The notes beneath the pieces were generated by a model. The model was not told the origin of the DNA. It did not search any database and saw only the letters and a program-made list of their open reading frames with translations. From an uncultured bacterium (GTDB taxonomy: Bacteria; Electryoneota; Tariuqbacteria; Tariuqbacterales; Tariuqbacteraceae), in the NCBI GenBank assembly GCA_964421875.1, contig CAYQZD010000001.1:3935-63202 (forward strand): 59,268 nucleotides of DNA, written 5' to 3'. Both the position numbers and the translations under genes were made by a program. Below are positions 41,683 to 52,031 of this stretch, piece by piece (the stretch's first letter is position 1; the number at the start of each line of letters is the position of its first letter).

Positions 41683-41895
41683 TTAGAAATATCCCAGGTT
41701 ACGCAAGCGTGTTCGAATGCGGTCAATCTCTTCGGCGCTCAACTCCTCCCGCCGGGAACCCTCCTGCATCCGCGCCATCAAATCTCTCAGGATATACACC
41801 ACAAACTCGTTGACCGAGCTGAATCCCGAAGGAGCGATGATGGTTTTAATACGCTCATAGAGCGGCCGGGGAATCTTAAGTGTAACCTTGTCCAT
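41683..41895 (-). CDS. CopG-like ribbon-helix-helix protein with RLRNLGYF tail
   Basis: [14 protein letters not shown]...[14 protein letters not shown]; GGGAG RBS. Confidence 0.85.
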   Translation of the reverse strand: MDKVTLKIPRPLYERIKTIIAPSGFSSVNEFVVYILRDLMARMQEGSRREELSAEEIDRIRTRLRNLGYF

Positions 41896-42071
41896 AATGT
41901 TCAACTCCCGTAATTAGAAATAACTAACTACATCTAGATTAATATTATTAATGGAAATGGATCGATTAATCTGAAAACAGCGGTTGCCTTAAAACGCTAG
42001 CTATGAATTTTTCCGCGGTGCAGCGGATTGTGCATAGCAGCGTCCATAAATCCACGAATTAGGATTTAATC

Positions 42072-42100
42072 TTGATTCTTACTTAAAAATGAAGTACATT
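42072..42100 (+). promoter_or_regulatory. Putative promoter of ligase copy 1
   Basis: TTGATT-17-TACATT, conserved in front of copy 2. Confidence 0.55.
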
Positions 42101-42212
42101 TTTGATGTCAAGTTATTCACAAAAAATACTATAATTATTCCTGATTTTAATGAATGCTGTCTGCATTAGCTTCGAATTTTATTGTTAACCAACGTCTTGC
42201 ATCCGAACAAAA

Positions 42213-43766
42213 ATGATGAACAAAAGGTCATACGTATTCGAAGTCAACGGATTTGAAAAGGCGGAAAAGGTCTTCTTGGTCGCCTTTTATTTAGTGGATT
42301 TAGTCTATTCCTGGCACACTCTAAACTACCGCCCTCGAGGTGAGAGCTTCCTTTTTCCCTTTATAGTACCCCTTGTACTATATATGTTTAAAAGCAGACT
42401 ATTCTTCTTATCGCTATTGATAGCCTTCCAAATCGCCGTCGCTTTTCTATTTTTAGGAGCGCCCGGTGACGTGGTCAAATACACTGCTACGGCGTTCCTG
42501 GTAATGATAGCTTTGAGCAAATCGGAAACCGCATTCTACATTTCCGTCGCGGCAATCTACACCTTTTTCCTGCCCAAAATCCAGAATATGGATATAGTCC
42601 ACGTCCTGCTGGTGTTCCTTTTCTTCAGTTTAATTGTCACCTTGGATAAAACAAAGTCTACAGGTTACAATAGAACAAGTGTAGTTAATAAACTAATGCT
42701 GGCGCTCTTTGTCTGGACAAATATCTCCATCCTCTGGTGTCCCAGCGCCACCAATGCTTTTTTCAGATACGCCGACAACATCAGTTTCTTCCTGGTTTAT
42801 TGGGTCACATTGATTCTGGTCGATGATGAACGTAAAGTGGTAAATACGCTCTGGATATTCGCAATAGGGGGTGTGGCGATGACTTTTATCGGAGCTATGT
42901 CGATATTAACGCCTTTCTTTCCTAACGTGGACTATATGGCGCTTAAAAATCACGTCTCATCTTTGTTAACTTTCTCTATATTCGCTCAACTGGCGCTGTA
43001 CTATACAAGGTCGATGAAGCTCCCCTCGATATTGGTGACATTCATCATTCTATCGACAATTCTCTGTATGTTTTCACTTAGCTCTAAAGGTGGAATTTTT
43101 GCCATAATTGTCTCGCTTCTATTATTTCTCAAGCTGAAAAATCCGAACAAAACTAAAAGGAATAACAGACTATTAACCACCGCTACCGGAATTATTACCC
43201 TGTTCCTCTTCGCGCAAATCCTCTTGGTTCCTCTGGTCTATGTAAAACTCAGCGATAAATTCCATGGGGAAAACTTCCCCATCGTTCTCGCCACGTTACC
43301 CTTCAGGTTGGAGCAATGGCGCTATGCGGAAAAGATGATTAATACCGATGGACACCCGCTCACCGGAGTTGGGATGAGCGGATTCGCTTACCTGCACTAT
43401 GACGCCTGGGAACATCAATTCACTCCGCGCCCGTTTATGATATCCACCCATTGTATTTATGTGCAAGTATATGTAGACTATGGAATCATCGGATTGATTG
43501 TTTTCATATTCCTGACAATAGCTTTCTTCTTAATCTTGAGTAAGTCCATCAAGCGGATGACGAACGAATCGATGCGTATGTACGCTTTAACTATGTACGC
43601 AGGAGCCCTCGCCTTCCTCATTCACGGACTTGTTGACTGGTCGTTGAGCGACGAACGATTCTGGTTCTTCATCGGTCTCGGAGTAGCCATTGTATTCATT
43701 GATAAAAACCAGCGCCTTAAAAAACAACCTGAGCAAATCAGCGAGCCCACTGAACCAATACTGTAA
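42213..43766 (+). CDS. O-antigen ligase/Wzy_C-family membrane protein, copy 1
   Basis: Many TMs; SKGG, RLEQW, HPLTGVGMSGF, THCIYVQVYVDYGIIGL, LIHGLVD. Confidence 0.85.
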   Translation: MMNKRSYVFEVNGFEKAEKVFLVAFYLVDLVYSWHTLNYRPRGESFLFPFIVPLVLYMFKSRLFFLSLLIAFQIAVAFLFLGAPGDVVKYTATAFLVMIALSKSETAFYISVAAIYTFFLPKIQNMDIVHVLLVFLFFSLIVTLDKTKSTGYNRTSVVNKLMLALFVWTNISILWCPSATNAFFRYADNISFFLVYWVTLILVDDERKVVNTLWIFAIGGVAMTFIGAMSILTPFFPNVDYMALKNHVSSLLTFSIFAQLALYYTRSMKLPSILVTFIILSTILCMFSLSSKGGIFAIIVSLLLFLKLKNPNKTKRNNRLLTTATGIITLFLFAQILLVPLVYVKLSDKFHGENFPIVLATLPFRLEQWRYAEKMINTDGHPLTGVGMSGFAYLHYDAWEHQFTPRPFMISTHCIYVQVYVDYGIIGLIVFIFLTIAFFLILSKSIKRMTNESMRMYALTMYAGALAFLIHGLVDWSLSDERFWFFIGLGVAIVFIDKNQRLKKQPEQISEPTEPIL

Positions 43767-43842
43767 TTATGTCCTCGCAACCATATACAATAAAGGACGA
43801 AAGTGGAGCTGCCTCTCGACTTCCCCCGCCAATCCTCAGAAG
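43767..43842 (-). pseudogene. Frameshifted remnant of the porin gene 3' end
   Basis: Reads SEDWRGKSRGSSTFV then, after a shift, LYMVART*, versus [23 protein letters not shown] of the intact porin; stop abuts the ligase stop as at 46018/46019. Confidence 0.75.
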
Positions 43843-43947
43843 CGGTGCGGTATAAACACACTCGGCGAGCAGCCGGGGAATCCTAGGGGTAAACTTGTCC
43901 CGAAGACTTCATCAATTATATGAGAGAATAAGTAAATATCTATTTTA

Positions 43948-44109
43948 GTAACACTTTACATACATGAAGTCAGCTTTAACACTGCTGTCATTCCAGCTTG
44001 ACTGATATCTTACAGCAGAATAATTGAAGTGCAGATTCCCGAGGCGTTCACTTCGTTCTCTTGCGGAAATGACATATTGGGCAGACGCTTCATATACTTA
44101 AAGTGACAC
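43948..44109. mobile_element. 162-bp MITE-like element with imperfect TIRs and direct-repeat flanks
   Basis: CTATTTTA at 43940-43947 and 44110-44117; TIRs GTAACACTTTACATACATGAAG / reverse complement GTGTCACTTTAAGTATATGAAG (17/22); internal TGTCATTCC..GGAAATGACA. Confidence 0.65.
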
Positions 44110-44146
44110 CTATTTTAGTAATATAAGGTGAATGTATTGGTTAATC

Positions 44147-44175
44147 TTGATTGTCACTTGAAAATAGAGTACTTT
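44147..44175 (+). promoter_or_regulatory. Putative promoter of ligase copy 2
   Basis: TTGATT-17-TACTTT, homologous to 42072-42100. Confidence 0.55.
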
Positions 44176-44464
44176 TACAGTTACCGAAATCATCATCGAT
44201 AACACCACAATAATTCCCGTTATCAGCCCACTATCATTAGCTCTGGACACGTGTGAATCAGGCTTTTAAATAGGGTTGTTTCCGCGGATGATTTACAAAT
44301 TAACCTAAGTTTGATAAGCTTGGATTTTACCTACTCCAGAAAATGTCTCTGTGCGACAATCCCGGACTATTAAAAACACTCACCCAATAACTATCGGATG
44401 GATGCAGTCTGCATTACCAGCGGAGATAAATATTTTAAGCCAGTGTATCGCATCTAATACATAA

Positions 44465-46018
44465 ATGATGAATAAAAGATCAAACGTATTCGAAGTCAAC
44501 GGATTTGAAAAGGCGGAAAAGGCTTTCCTGGTCGCCTTCTATCTCCTGGATTTTCTCTATTCCTGGCAAATCCTCACACAAAATCCTTACGCTGAGAATT
44601 TTCTCTTCCCCTTCCTGGTGCCACTCGCGTTATTCATTCTGAAGAGCAGAATGTTCTTTATCTCACTTCTGATATCCTTCCAAATCTCCGCAGCTTTTCT
44701 ATTCCTGGGCGCTCCAGTCAGCATAGTCAAATACAGCGCTGCATTTTTTCTGGCTATGTTAGCTTTTAGCAAGCCGGAAAACGCATTCCATCTCGCTATT
44801 GCTTCCATCTTCTTCTTCTTCATCCCCAGAATTCATAATATGGATGTGATTCACGTCCTCTTGGTGTTCATCTCCTTCAGCTTGATCGTCACCCTAAACA
44901 AAACAAAGCTGAATGGTTACAATAGAATCAGCATAGTTAACAAACTCATTCTGGCGCTCTTTGTATGGACGAATATCTCCATCCTCTGGTGCCCCAGCGC
45001 CACCAATGCGTTTTTCAGATACCTCGACAACATCAGCTACTTCCTGGTCTATTGGATAACCTTGATTCTGGTCGATGATGAAAGTAAAGTGGTAAATACA
45101 CTCTGGATATTCGCCCTGGGGGGAGTGGCGATGACTTTTATCGGAGCTGTGTCGATATTAACTCCTCTCTCTCTAAATGTAGACTATTTGGCGCTTAAAA
45201 ATCCCGTATCATCGTTGTTGACTTTCTCTATATTCGCTCAACTAGCGCTGTACTATACAAGAACGATGAAACTCCCCTCGATATTGGTAAAAATTGTCAT
45301 TTTATCCACAATTCTCTATATGTTTTCACTTGGTTCAAAAGGCGGTATTTTGGCCATAATTATATCGCTGATAACATTCTTCACGCTGAAAAATCCCAAT
45401 AAAACTAAAAGGAACAGCATATTATTAACCGCTGGAACCTGGATTATCGCCCTGTTCCTCTTTGCGCAGATTCTATTAGTTCCTCTAGTCTATGTAAAAC
45501 TCAGCGATAAACTCTATGGAAAAAACTTCCCCACTTTCCTTGCCACCTTACCCTTCAGGTTGGAGCAATGGCGCTATGCGGAGAAGATGATTGATACCGA
45601 TGGACACTTTCTTACTGGTGTTGGGATGAGCGGATTCGCCTACCTGCATTATGACGCCTGGGAACATAAATTCGTTCCACGCCCCTTCATGATATCCACC
45701 CATTGTATGTATGTGCAAATATATGTGGACTATGGAATCGTGGGATTAGCTATTTTTGTATTCCTGACAATAGCTTTCTTCTTCATCTTAAGTAAGTCTA
45801 TCAAGCGGATGACAAATGAATCGATGCGGATATACGCTTTGACTATGTACGTGGGGGCTCTCGCCTTTCTCATACACGGACTGGTCGACTGGTCACTGAG
45901 CGATGAAAGGTTCTGGTTCTACGTAGGTCTGGGGATGGCTCTTCTGTTCATTGACAGATATCAGCGCCATCATAAAAAGTCCCAGCAAGTCAGCGAGCCC
46001 GTCGAACCAGCCCAATAA
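44465..46018 (+). CDS. O-antigen ligase/Wzy_C-family membrane protein, copy 2
   Basis: Same 517-aa length and colinear with copy 1, roughly three-quarters identical by eye. Confidence 0.85.
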   Translation: MMNKRSNVFEVNGFEKAEKAFLVAFYLLDFLYSWQILTQNPYAENFLFPFLVPLALFILKSRMFFISLLISFQISAAFLFLGAPVSIVKYSAAFFLAMLAFSKPENAFHLAIASIFFFFIPRIHNMDVIHVLLVFISFSLIVTLNKTKLNGYNRISIVNKLILALFVWTNISILWCPSATNAFFRYLDNISYFLVYWITLILVDDESKVVNTLWIFALGGVAMTFIGAVSILTPLSLNVDYLALKNPVSSLLTFSIFAQLALYYTRTMKLPSILVKIVILSTILYMFSLGSKGGILAIIISLITFFTLKNPNKTKRNSILLTAGTWIIALFLFAQILLVPLVYVKLSDKLYGKNFPTFLATLPFRLEQWRYAEKMIDTDGHFLTGVGMSGFAYLHYDAWEHKFVPRPFMISTHCMYVQIYVDYGIVGLAIFVFLTIAFFFILSKSIKRMTNESMRIYALTMYVGALAFLIHGLVDWSLSDERFWFYVGLGMALLFIDRYQRHHKKSQQVSEPVEPAQ

Positions 46019-47362
46019 TCATATCCTCGCACTCATTAGCAGATAAACAAAACCGGACACCTCCCCCTTTTTGCCCTGCCAATCCTCGGAAGGGAAGAAG
46101 AAATCGACGCCGAGCTGAGCTTTCAAACCCTCTCGTATATCATACTTTAAGGTAGTATCTAACTCCTGCCCCAAAACCCGCGAATCCGCCCCGTCCACCG
46201 CTGAAGCGAAAGGTTTCTCCACCGTGAAATAGTGGAAATCTAAATTGCAGTCCAACCTGTCGAACAGACGCATCCCTCCCCTAAGAATCAAATCCCGCAA
46301 ACCCAGTGAACGCTCTCCCGGAATCGACTTGAAATAATCCATATGACCGAACATACGATGCCTGGAACTATAGCCGTCATAGAAATAAGTTACTCGCTCC
46401 TGGTTTAAACCGTCGTCGCCGCTGAGGAGATGAAATCCTGCCCCGCCGAAGAACTTAAACGGCTGATAGAACATCATCCCCAAATCGCCCGCCGCCATAT
46501 AGCCCGAAATCTCCCCCTCGCCGGAAACGTGCCCCATTCTTCCGAATTGATAAGCTAAGTCGAAATCCAGCCACCGCCGCGAGGATTCATTCTTCCCTAA
46601 ATCCAGATTCACCGCCACTGTAAAACGGCTGAAAGCGGGATGGCTCCCGCCGTGAACCGTGTCCGCCAACGGCGCCTGATCCAAATCGAGGAAAGCCAAG
46701 AGATTCACCCGCCGCTCCAGCAAGGAAACATCCAGCCCGGTGAGGGTGTTGTCCCTCTTATAGTCGAGGGCGGGATCAGGATATTTAGAAGGATCGCCGG
46801 GGATAGAATACCAGTGCCGGTCGCCCGCTTTGCCGTACAGGTGCCACAGGTTTACGGTAAACCGCCCGCCCCGATAGCCCCCCTTAATCCCGTCATAAGT
46901 TCGAGGACCGAACACGTTCCAGTTACCCGGACCGAATATCAGCGTCCGCCCCTGGTCGTTCGACATCCGCCCCACCTTGAGATAGCTTCCGCAGCCTATA
47001 AGCTCCCGCGCCTCGATGTAGGCCTTTATCACTCCCAGATTGTTGTCGAAGCGGTTGGGACCCACCGGCTTTCCCATCAGATAGGGGTCGGAATATCCCA
47101 TCAGGCGGGAATCCCCTATCATCATATAGATAGAAGTGTTCTCGATGAAACCGTCCAGTTCCAATCCCAAGCGGGCTCTGAAGGTGGAATAGGAATCCCA
47201 GCCGGTCTCCTCCGAAAAATCCCTGCCGTCGATTTCCAGCCGGGGCCGGAATTCAGCATCCAGAAAAATCTTATCGGCGATTTTAACCTTGGCGGCGGAA
47301 ATCCCTGATAGCAGCCCCAAAACCGCTGCAACGATTATAATTTTTTCTACGTACAATCTCAT
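46019..47362 (-). CDS. Alginate-export (AlgE-like) family outer-membrane porin
   Basis: Signal peptide, [54 protein letters not shown]. Confidence 0.8.
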   Translation of the reverse strand: MRLYVEKIIIVAAVLGLLSGISAAKVKIADKIFLDAEFRPRLEIDGRDFSEETGWDSYSTFRARLGLELDGFIENTSIYMMIGDSRLMGYSDPYLMGKPVGPNRFDNNLGVIKAYIEARELIGCGSYLKVGRMSNDQGRTLIFGPGNWNVFGPRTYDGIKGGYRGGRFTVNLWHLYGKAGDRHWYSIPGDPSKYPDPALDYKRDNTLTGLDVSLLERRVNLLAFLDLDQAPLADTVHGGSHPAFSRFTVAVNLDLGKNESSRRWLDFDLAYQFGRMGHVSGEGEISGYMAAGDLGMMFYQPFKFFGGAGFHLLSGDDGLNQERVTYFYDGYSSRHRMFGHMDYFKSIPGERSLGLRDLILRGGMRLFDRLDCNLDFHYFTVEKPFASAVDGADSRVLGQELDTTLKYDIREGLKAQLGVDFFFPSEDWQGKKGEVSGFVYLLMSARI

Positions 47363-48471
47363 AAATCCGCTGTCGCTTTCGATGTTTTTGGATTATGGTA
47401 CTTATAATAGCCGGCGCAAGCCCCCTCCGAAGACACCATCGTAGCCCCCAAAGGATGCTCAGGAGTGCAGGCTCCCCCAAAGGAGGGGCATTCGTCCGGC
47501 TTTTTCAATCCCCGCAGGATTTCGCCGCTGATGCAGTCCTCCGCTGAATCGGAAACTGCCGCAGCCCTCCCAAACCGCGATTCAGCATCGAAATCGATGT
47601 AAGCTTCATTCAATCCTAAACCGCTGCCGTCAATCTCCCCAATCCCCCGCCACCGCCGCGGCGTAACCCGGAAAACCTCCTCCATCAACCTTCTCGCGGC
47701 AAGATTCCCCTCCCGCCGCACCGCCCGGGAATAACAGTTCTCCACCCCGCTTTCCCCCGCTTCCAGCAGCCGTACACAACTCAATATTCCCAAGAGAATA
47801 TCCGTCGGCTCGAAACCGGTAACCGCGATGGGAACACTATAATGTTCCGCAAGCTCCTCATACGATTCCCACCCGGTCACGGCGCAGACATGACCCGGAG
47901 CTAATAAACCCTCCACCAGGTTTTTCTCCGCAGATAGTATCGCCTCCACCGCAGGAGGAATTAAAAACTGCGAAACCAGCAGGCTGAAGTTAGTCACTCC
48001 CTTGAGTTTCGCCTGATACACCGCCATCCCGTTCGCCGGAGCAGTGGTTTCAAAACCGATACCGAAAAACACCACTTCAAGCCCCGGCTCCGCCTCTGCT
48101 ATTTTCAATGCGTCCAGTGGCGAATACACCACCCGCACATCGCCGCCCTCGGCTTTGGCTGAAAGCAGATCACTTCCGCTGCCCGGCACCCGCAGCATAT
48201 CGCCAAATGAGCAGAAAATCACTTCCGGCCGGGAAGCTATTTCCACTGCTTTGTCAATCAATTCCACTGGAGTCACACACACCGGACATCCCGGCCCGTG
48301 AATAAGCGTAACCTCCGGCGGCAGCAGCTTATCGATGCCGAAACGCAGAATCGCGTGGGTCTGGCCGCCGCAAACCTCCATTATTCGGTGAGGTCCTCTA
48401 CTCTCCCCGTGGATGGAAGCAGCAAGCGTTCGCGCTGGCGCCGGATGCCGGTACTCGTCGATATACTTCAC
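47359..48471 (-). CDS. hypD: Hydrogenase maturation protein HypD
   Basis: [37 protein letters not shown]. Confidence 0.98.
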   Translation of the reverse strand: MKYIDEYRHPAPARTLAASIHGESRGPHRIMEVCGGQTHAILRFGIDKLLPPEVTLIHGPGCPVCVTPVELIDKAVEIASRPEVIFCSFGDMLRVPGSGSDLLSAKAEGGDVRVVYSPLDALKIAEAEPGLEVVFFGIGFETTAPANGMAVYQAKLKGVTNFSLLVSQFLIPPAVEAILSAEKNLVEGLLAPGHVCAVTGWESYEELAEHYSVPIAVTGFEPTDILLGILSCVRLLEAGESGVENCYSRAVRREGNLAARRLMEEVFRVTPRRWRGIGEIDGSGLGLNEAYIDFDAESRFGRAAAVSDSAEDCISGEILRGLKKPDECPSFGGACTPEHPLGATMVSSEGACAGYYKYHNPKTSKATADL

Positions 48472-48719
48472 CGGGAGACATCCTCCGCCGAATCCTCTTC
48501 CAATCCATCCAGCAGCGCCAACGTCCGCTCCGCTTCCCCCTGGTCCAACATGCTGATGGCAAAGCCTGCGTGCACCACCACATATTCCCCGGCAGCCGCC
48601 TCCGGCGTGTAAGCCAGACTTACCTCTTTAATCAATCCCCCGAAACTGACTCTGCCCCGGCGAAGAACGGGATCTTCATCGGTTATTTCCAATATTTTAC
48701 CCGGTACCGCCAAACACAT
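48468..48719 (-). CDS. hypC: Hydrogenase chaperone HypC
   Basis: [17 protein letters not shown]. Confidence 0.97.
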   Translation of the reverse strand: MCLAVPGKILEITDEDPVLRRGRVSFGGLIKEVSLAYTPEAAAGEYVVVHAGFAISMLDQGEAERTLALLDGLEEDSAEDVSR

Positions 48720-48751
48720 TGTTAGAAAGGTGTCATTGAATAATTACTGAA

Positions 48752-49039
48752 GTAGGCGGGGGGTTTATCCCCCCGCATAATTTGTCGGGGGATAAATTCC
48801 CGACCTGCAATTTTTTATCTTAAAAATAGGTTTTGGAGATTAGGGTTTAGTAGGGGCGGTTCGCGAACCGCCCCTACCGGCAACCGTTAATCAGGTATCA
48901 CCGTGTCGCAGAGTCCCCGTACTCTGCGACATCAACGGTGGCTCTGAATGACCCACCCAACACAGCTGTTTCAGCGTATTGCGCTAAGTCAGGTCTTTAG
49001 CGAAACGGAGACCTGACTTTAATCCGCCTCAAGCGGATT
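48752..49039. repeat. Repeat mosaic between hypF and hypC
   Basis: Perfect 28-bp palindrome GTAGGGGCGGTTCGCGAACCGCCCCTAC (48850-48877), GTCGCAGAGT family (48905-48930), AAGTCAGGTC family (48986-49019), further hairpins. Confidence 0.85.
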
Positions 49040-51359
49040 ATCGAACCGAAAAAGCCTGCCCCAGCGCCAGCCCTCCATCGTTGGGAGGCACCCGCTGATG
49101 CCAGTAAGGCTGGAAACCCTCCTCCCGCAAGCGGCTGACTGTCCGCTCCGTCAGGTAACAATTCTGGAAACAGCCGCCGCTGAGGACCACCTTCGGCTCT
49201 CCCACTAAAATCGCGGTTTCGACTATAGCCTCCGCCAGCCCGTTGTGGAAACGAGCTGAAATCAAACCTTCCGATAATCCTGATATTACATCGGAAAACA
49301 GTTCCAGAATCATCGGCTCCCAATCCACCACTATCGCTGAATCGCTCTCTATAATCCGAAAGATATAATACTCGCCGGTGCTCACGCCGTCGGTTAAGTG
49401 TTCCAGTTCCATCGCCGCCGCGCCTTCATAGCTTGAAACCTGCCGCAATCCCAATATCGAAGCCGCCGCGTCGAACAATCGACCCGCGCTCGAGGTCCGC
49501 GCAGTATTGATTCCCTGCGAAAGCATCTTGATGAGATTATGCAAATCCTCTTGAGGAAACGACCTAACCGGAGGCAGGAAATCCCAGTTGAATACATCCC
49601 CGCCGTAAATTTCATACAACAGCCCCATTGCGCTGCGCCGAGGCTCTTGCGCCGCTTTATCCCCTCCCGGCAGCGGAAAAGTGCGGAGATGCCCCGCCCG
49701 CCGGAATGAATCTCCCTCGACAACTAAAAATTCTCCACCCCAGACGGTGCTGTCTGGACCATACCCTGTACCGTCCCAGGAAACTCCTAATACCGGTCCC
49801 TCCAGTTCGTTCTCCGCCATACAAGAAAGTATATGAGCGCGATGATGTTGTATCTTTTTCAATTTGACTCCGGATTTTTCGGCGTATTTCGTGGATAAAT
49901 AGTCCGGATGTAAATCGCAGACCATAATCTGCGGTTTGGTTCCATATAGTTTCTGCAGACTCTCCTGCGCCTCCCGAAATCCCTTCCAAGCCGCGGAGGT
50001 CTCCAAATCCCCCAAATGCTGGCTCAGGAAAACACCGCCGTTCAGCCTCAAAGCCACTGTATTCTTTAAGTGCCCACCCACTGCCATAACCGTACCTTCG
50101 CAGCTTTTACACTTAACCGGCAGAGGCGCGTAACCCCGCGCCCGCCGCAATACCAGCTCCCGCCCCATCGTCATCCGCACAATCGAATCGTCCACACCCC
50201 GCATGATGGGACGGTTGTGAACCAAAAATAAATCGGCGATTCGCCCCAAACGCAAAAGCGCCTCGCGCTCCTCGGTGCAGATTGGTTCATCTGAAAGATT
50301 ACCGCTGGTGGCAACCACCGGAAATCCCAGCTCCCTCATCAATATATGGTGCAGCGGGGTGTAAGGGAGCATCGCCCCCAACCAGGGATTCCCCGGCGCC
50401 ACCGACGCTGAAACCCGCCCCGAACCGCCCTTCTCCCGCCGATGCAGTAACACTATGGGACATTCAGGCGAACGCAAAAGCCGCGATTCCGGGGCTGACA
50501 CCTCGCAGTCCTCCGCTAAAACCTCCGGCGAGGGATACATCAGCGCGAAAGGTTTCTCCTCACGCCCCTTTCGACGCCGCAGTTCCTCCACCGAAGCCAC
50601 ATTCCCGGCATCGACCATCAGATGAAAGCCCCCCAAACCCTTGACCGCGACTATCTTTCCCTCCCGCACAGCCTCCGCCGCCGCTAAAAGCGCATTGTGC
50701 CGCCGTTCTAAAATCCTGCCCGACACATCCCAAAGCTCGAGTTGAGGTCCGCAGTCCGGACAAGCGGTGGGCTGAGCGTGGAAACGCCGGTCCAAAGGAT
50801 TCTCATACTCCGCCCGGCAGCGGTCGCACATTTCGAAATCCCGCATTGAAGTTTGAGGACGGTCGTAGGGGAGGGAATTGATGATGCTGTAGCGGGGCCC
50901 GCAGTGAGTGCAGTTGGTGAAAGGATAGAGATAACGCCGGTCCGAAATGTCGAAAATCTCCCGAAGGCAGTCCGGGCAGGTGGCAATGTCAGGCAAAACC
51001 AGCGCCGTCTTCAAACCCGATTCCGAACTGGGGCGGATGGAAAAATCCCCATACCCCGCCGGGTCCAGAAACAGCGGCTCCAGGCTCTGAATATGACTGA
51101 GCGGCGGCTTCTCCGATTCCAGTCTCAATATAAATCTATCAAGAAGCTCCCGGCCGCCTTCCACCTCTATCGATACCCCTTCATTAGAGTTGCTCACCCA
51201 TCCTGTCAGACCTAAATCCATCGCCAATCGATAAACGAAAGGGCGAAAACCGACCCCCTGAACTGCGCCCTTGAGGCAAACTCGCAAACGCTGTAACTTA
51301 TCACTCCTCCGAATGGCAGTTATATGAGGAGCTTCATACATATTTTCATTTTGGAACAT
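49038..51359 (-). CDS. hypF: Carbamoyltransferase HypF
   Basis: GAVQGVGFRPFVY acylphosphatase domain, CxxC zinc fingers, KGLGGFHL, QHHRAH, PPNDGGLALGQ; exact start uncertain. Confidence 0.98.
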   Translation of the reverse strand: MFQNENMYEAPHITAIRRSDKLQRLRVCLKGAVQGVGFRPFVYRLAMDLGLTGWVSNSNEGVSIEVEGGRELLDRFILRLESEKPPLSHIQSLEPLFLDPAGYGDFSIRPSSESGLKTALVLPDIATCPDCLREIFDISDRRYLYPFTNCTHCGPRYSIINSLPYDRPQTSMRDFEMCDRCRAEYENPLDRRFHAQPTACPDCGPQLELWDVSGRILERRHNALLAAAEAVREGKIVAVKGLGGFHLMVDAGNVASVEELRRRKGREEKPFALMYPSPEVLAEDCEVSAPESRLLRSPECPIVLLHRREKGGSGRVSASVAPGNPWLGAMLPYTPLHHILMRELGFPVVATSGNLSDEPICTEEREALLRLGRIADLFLVHNRPIMRGVDDSIVRMTMGRELVLRRARGYAPLPVKCKSCEGTVMAVGGHLKNTVALRLNGGVFLSQHLGDLETSAAWKGFREAQESLQKLYGTKPQIMVCDLHPDYLSTKYAEKSGVKLKKIQHHRAHILSCMAENELEGPVLGVSWDGTGYGPDSTVWGGEFLVVEGDSFRRAGHLRTFPLPGGDKAAQEPRRSAMGLLYEIYGGDVFNWDFLPPVRSFPQEDLHNLIKMLSQGINTARTSSAGRLFDAAASILGLRQVSSYEGAAAMELEHLTDGVSTGEYYIFRIIESDSAIVVDWEPMILELFSDVISGLSEGLISARFHNGLAEAIVETAILVGEPKVVLSGGCFQNCYLTERTVSRLREEGFQPYWHQRVPPNDGGLALGQAFSVR

Positions 51360-51367
51360 TTACACTG

Positions 51368-51631
51368 TTATTCCTCCACATCCACGCTTTCCAGCAGTAT
51401 CTCCTGAGCGTGAGGGTCGTCCATATCGTCGGATACATCAACCTCCAGCAGCGCCCCTTCGGCGATGGATCCGGAGCAGTCCCGCTCGAAATGCTCCCGG
51501 AAATGTTCTGCCGATATGTGTGAAAGCGCCCCTAATCTCACTTTTACCAACACCACCCGGGATACCTTCTGCTCCCGAGCAATGTATTCCACCTTATTTA
51601 TAAGATTGGATATCAACGAACGTTCATGCAT
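51368..51631 (-). CDS. hypA: Short HypA nickel chaperone lacking the zinc-finger domain
   Basis: MHE N-terminus, VKVRLGALS, AEGALLEV, EILLESVDVE; no CxxC. Confidence 0.88.
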   Translation of the reverse strand: MHERSLISNLINKVEYIAREQKVSRVVLVKVRLGALSHISAEHFREHFERDCSGSIAEGALLEVDVSDDMDDPHAQEILLESVDVEE

Positions 51632-51688
51632 TATATTGTCCCTGAATATTACTTTTTACTTTCCCAAAGGGTGTGTTGCCCCAATCGG

Positions 51689-52007
51689 TTTTCATAGTGC
51701 GACAGGGTCTCAGCGCCCTGTTGCATGACCGTAGGGTGGGTTCGTAACCCACCAATATACAAGTCATTCCGGCGCAGCCGGAATCCCTCTTCGTAGGGGC
51801 GAATGGCTGTTCGCCCCTACCGGCTGATGTGAAGTTGATAAAAACTTTCAAAAATCTATGTTCTTATATATTATTGATATAAACCGAATCTAATTCGGTT
51901 AATCCGTTTAATTCGTTGTGAATATAATGTTATAATAAACAAATACATACTGAAATCCAACTTCATAAATCTAAAGCATCGTAGGGGCGGATCCCCGTAT
52001 CCGCCCT
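51689..52007. repeat. Repeat mosaic between the protease gene and hypA
   Basis: Three GTAG hairpins (51731, 51793, 51981), GTCATTCCGGCGCAGCCGGAATC (51763), 9-mer TAATTCGGT-like x3. Confidence 0.8.
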
Positions 52008-52031
52008 CGATCGGGACTTTCTAATCCAATT

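Noticed and set aside
41966-42072. TTAATCT direct repeats around about 93 bp as a third insertion
   Set aside because: No terminal inverted repeats; a 7-mer match in AT-rich DNA is weak
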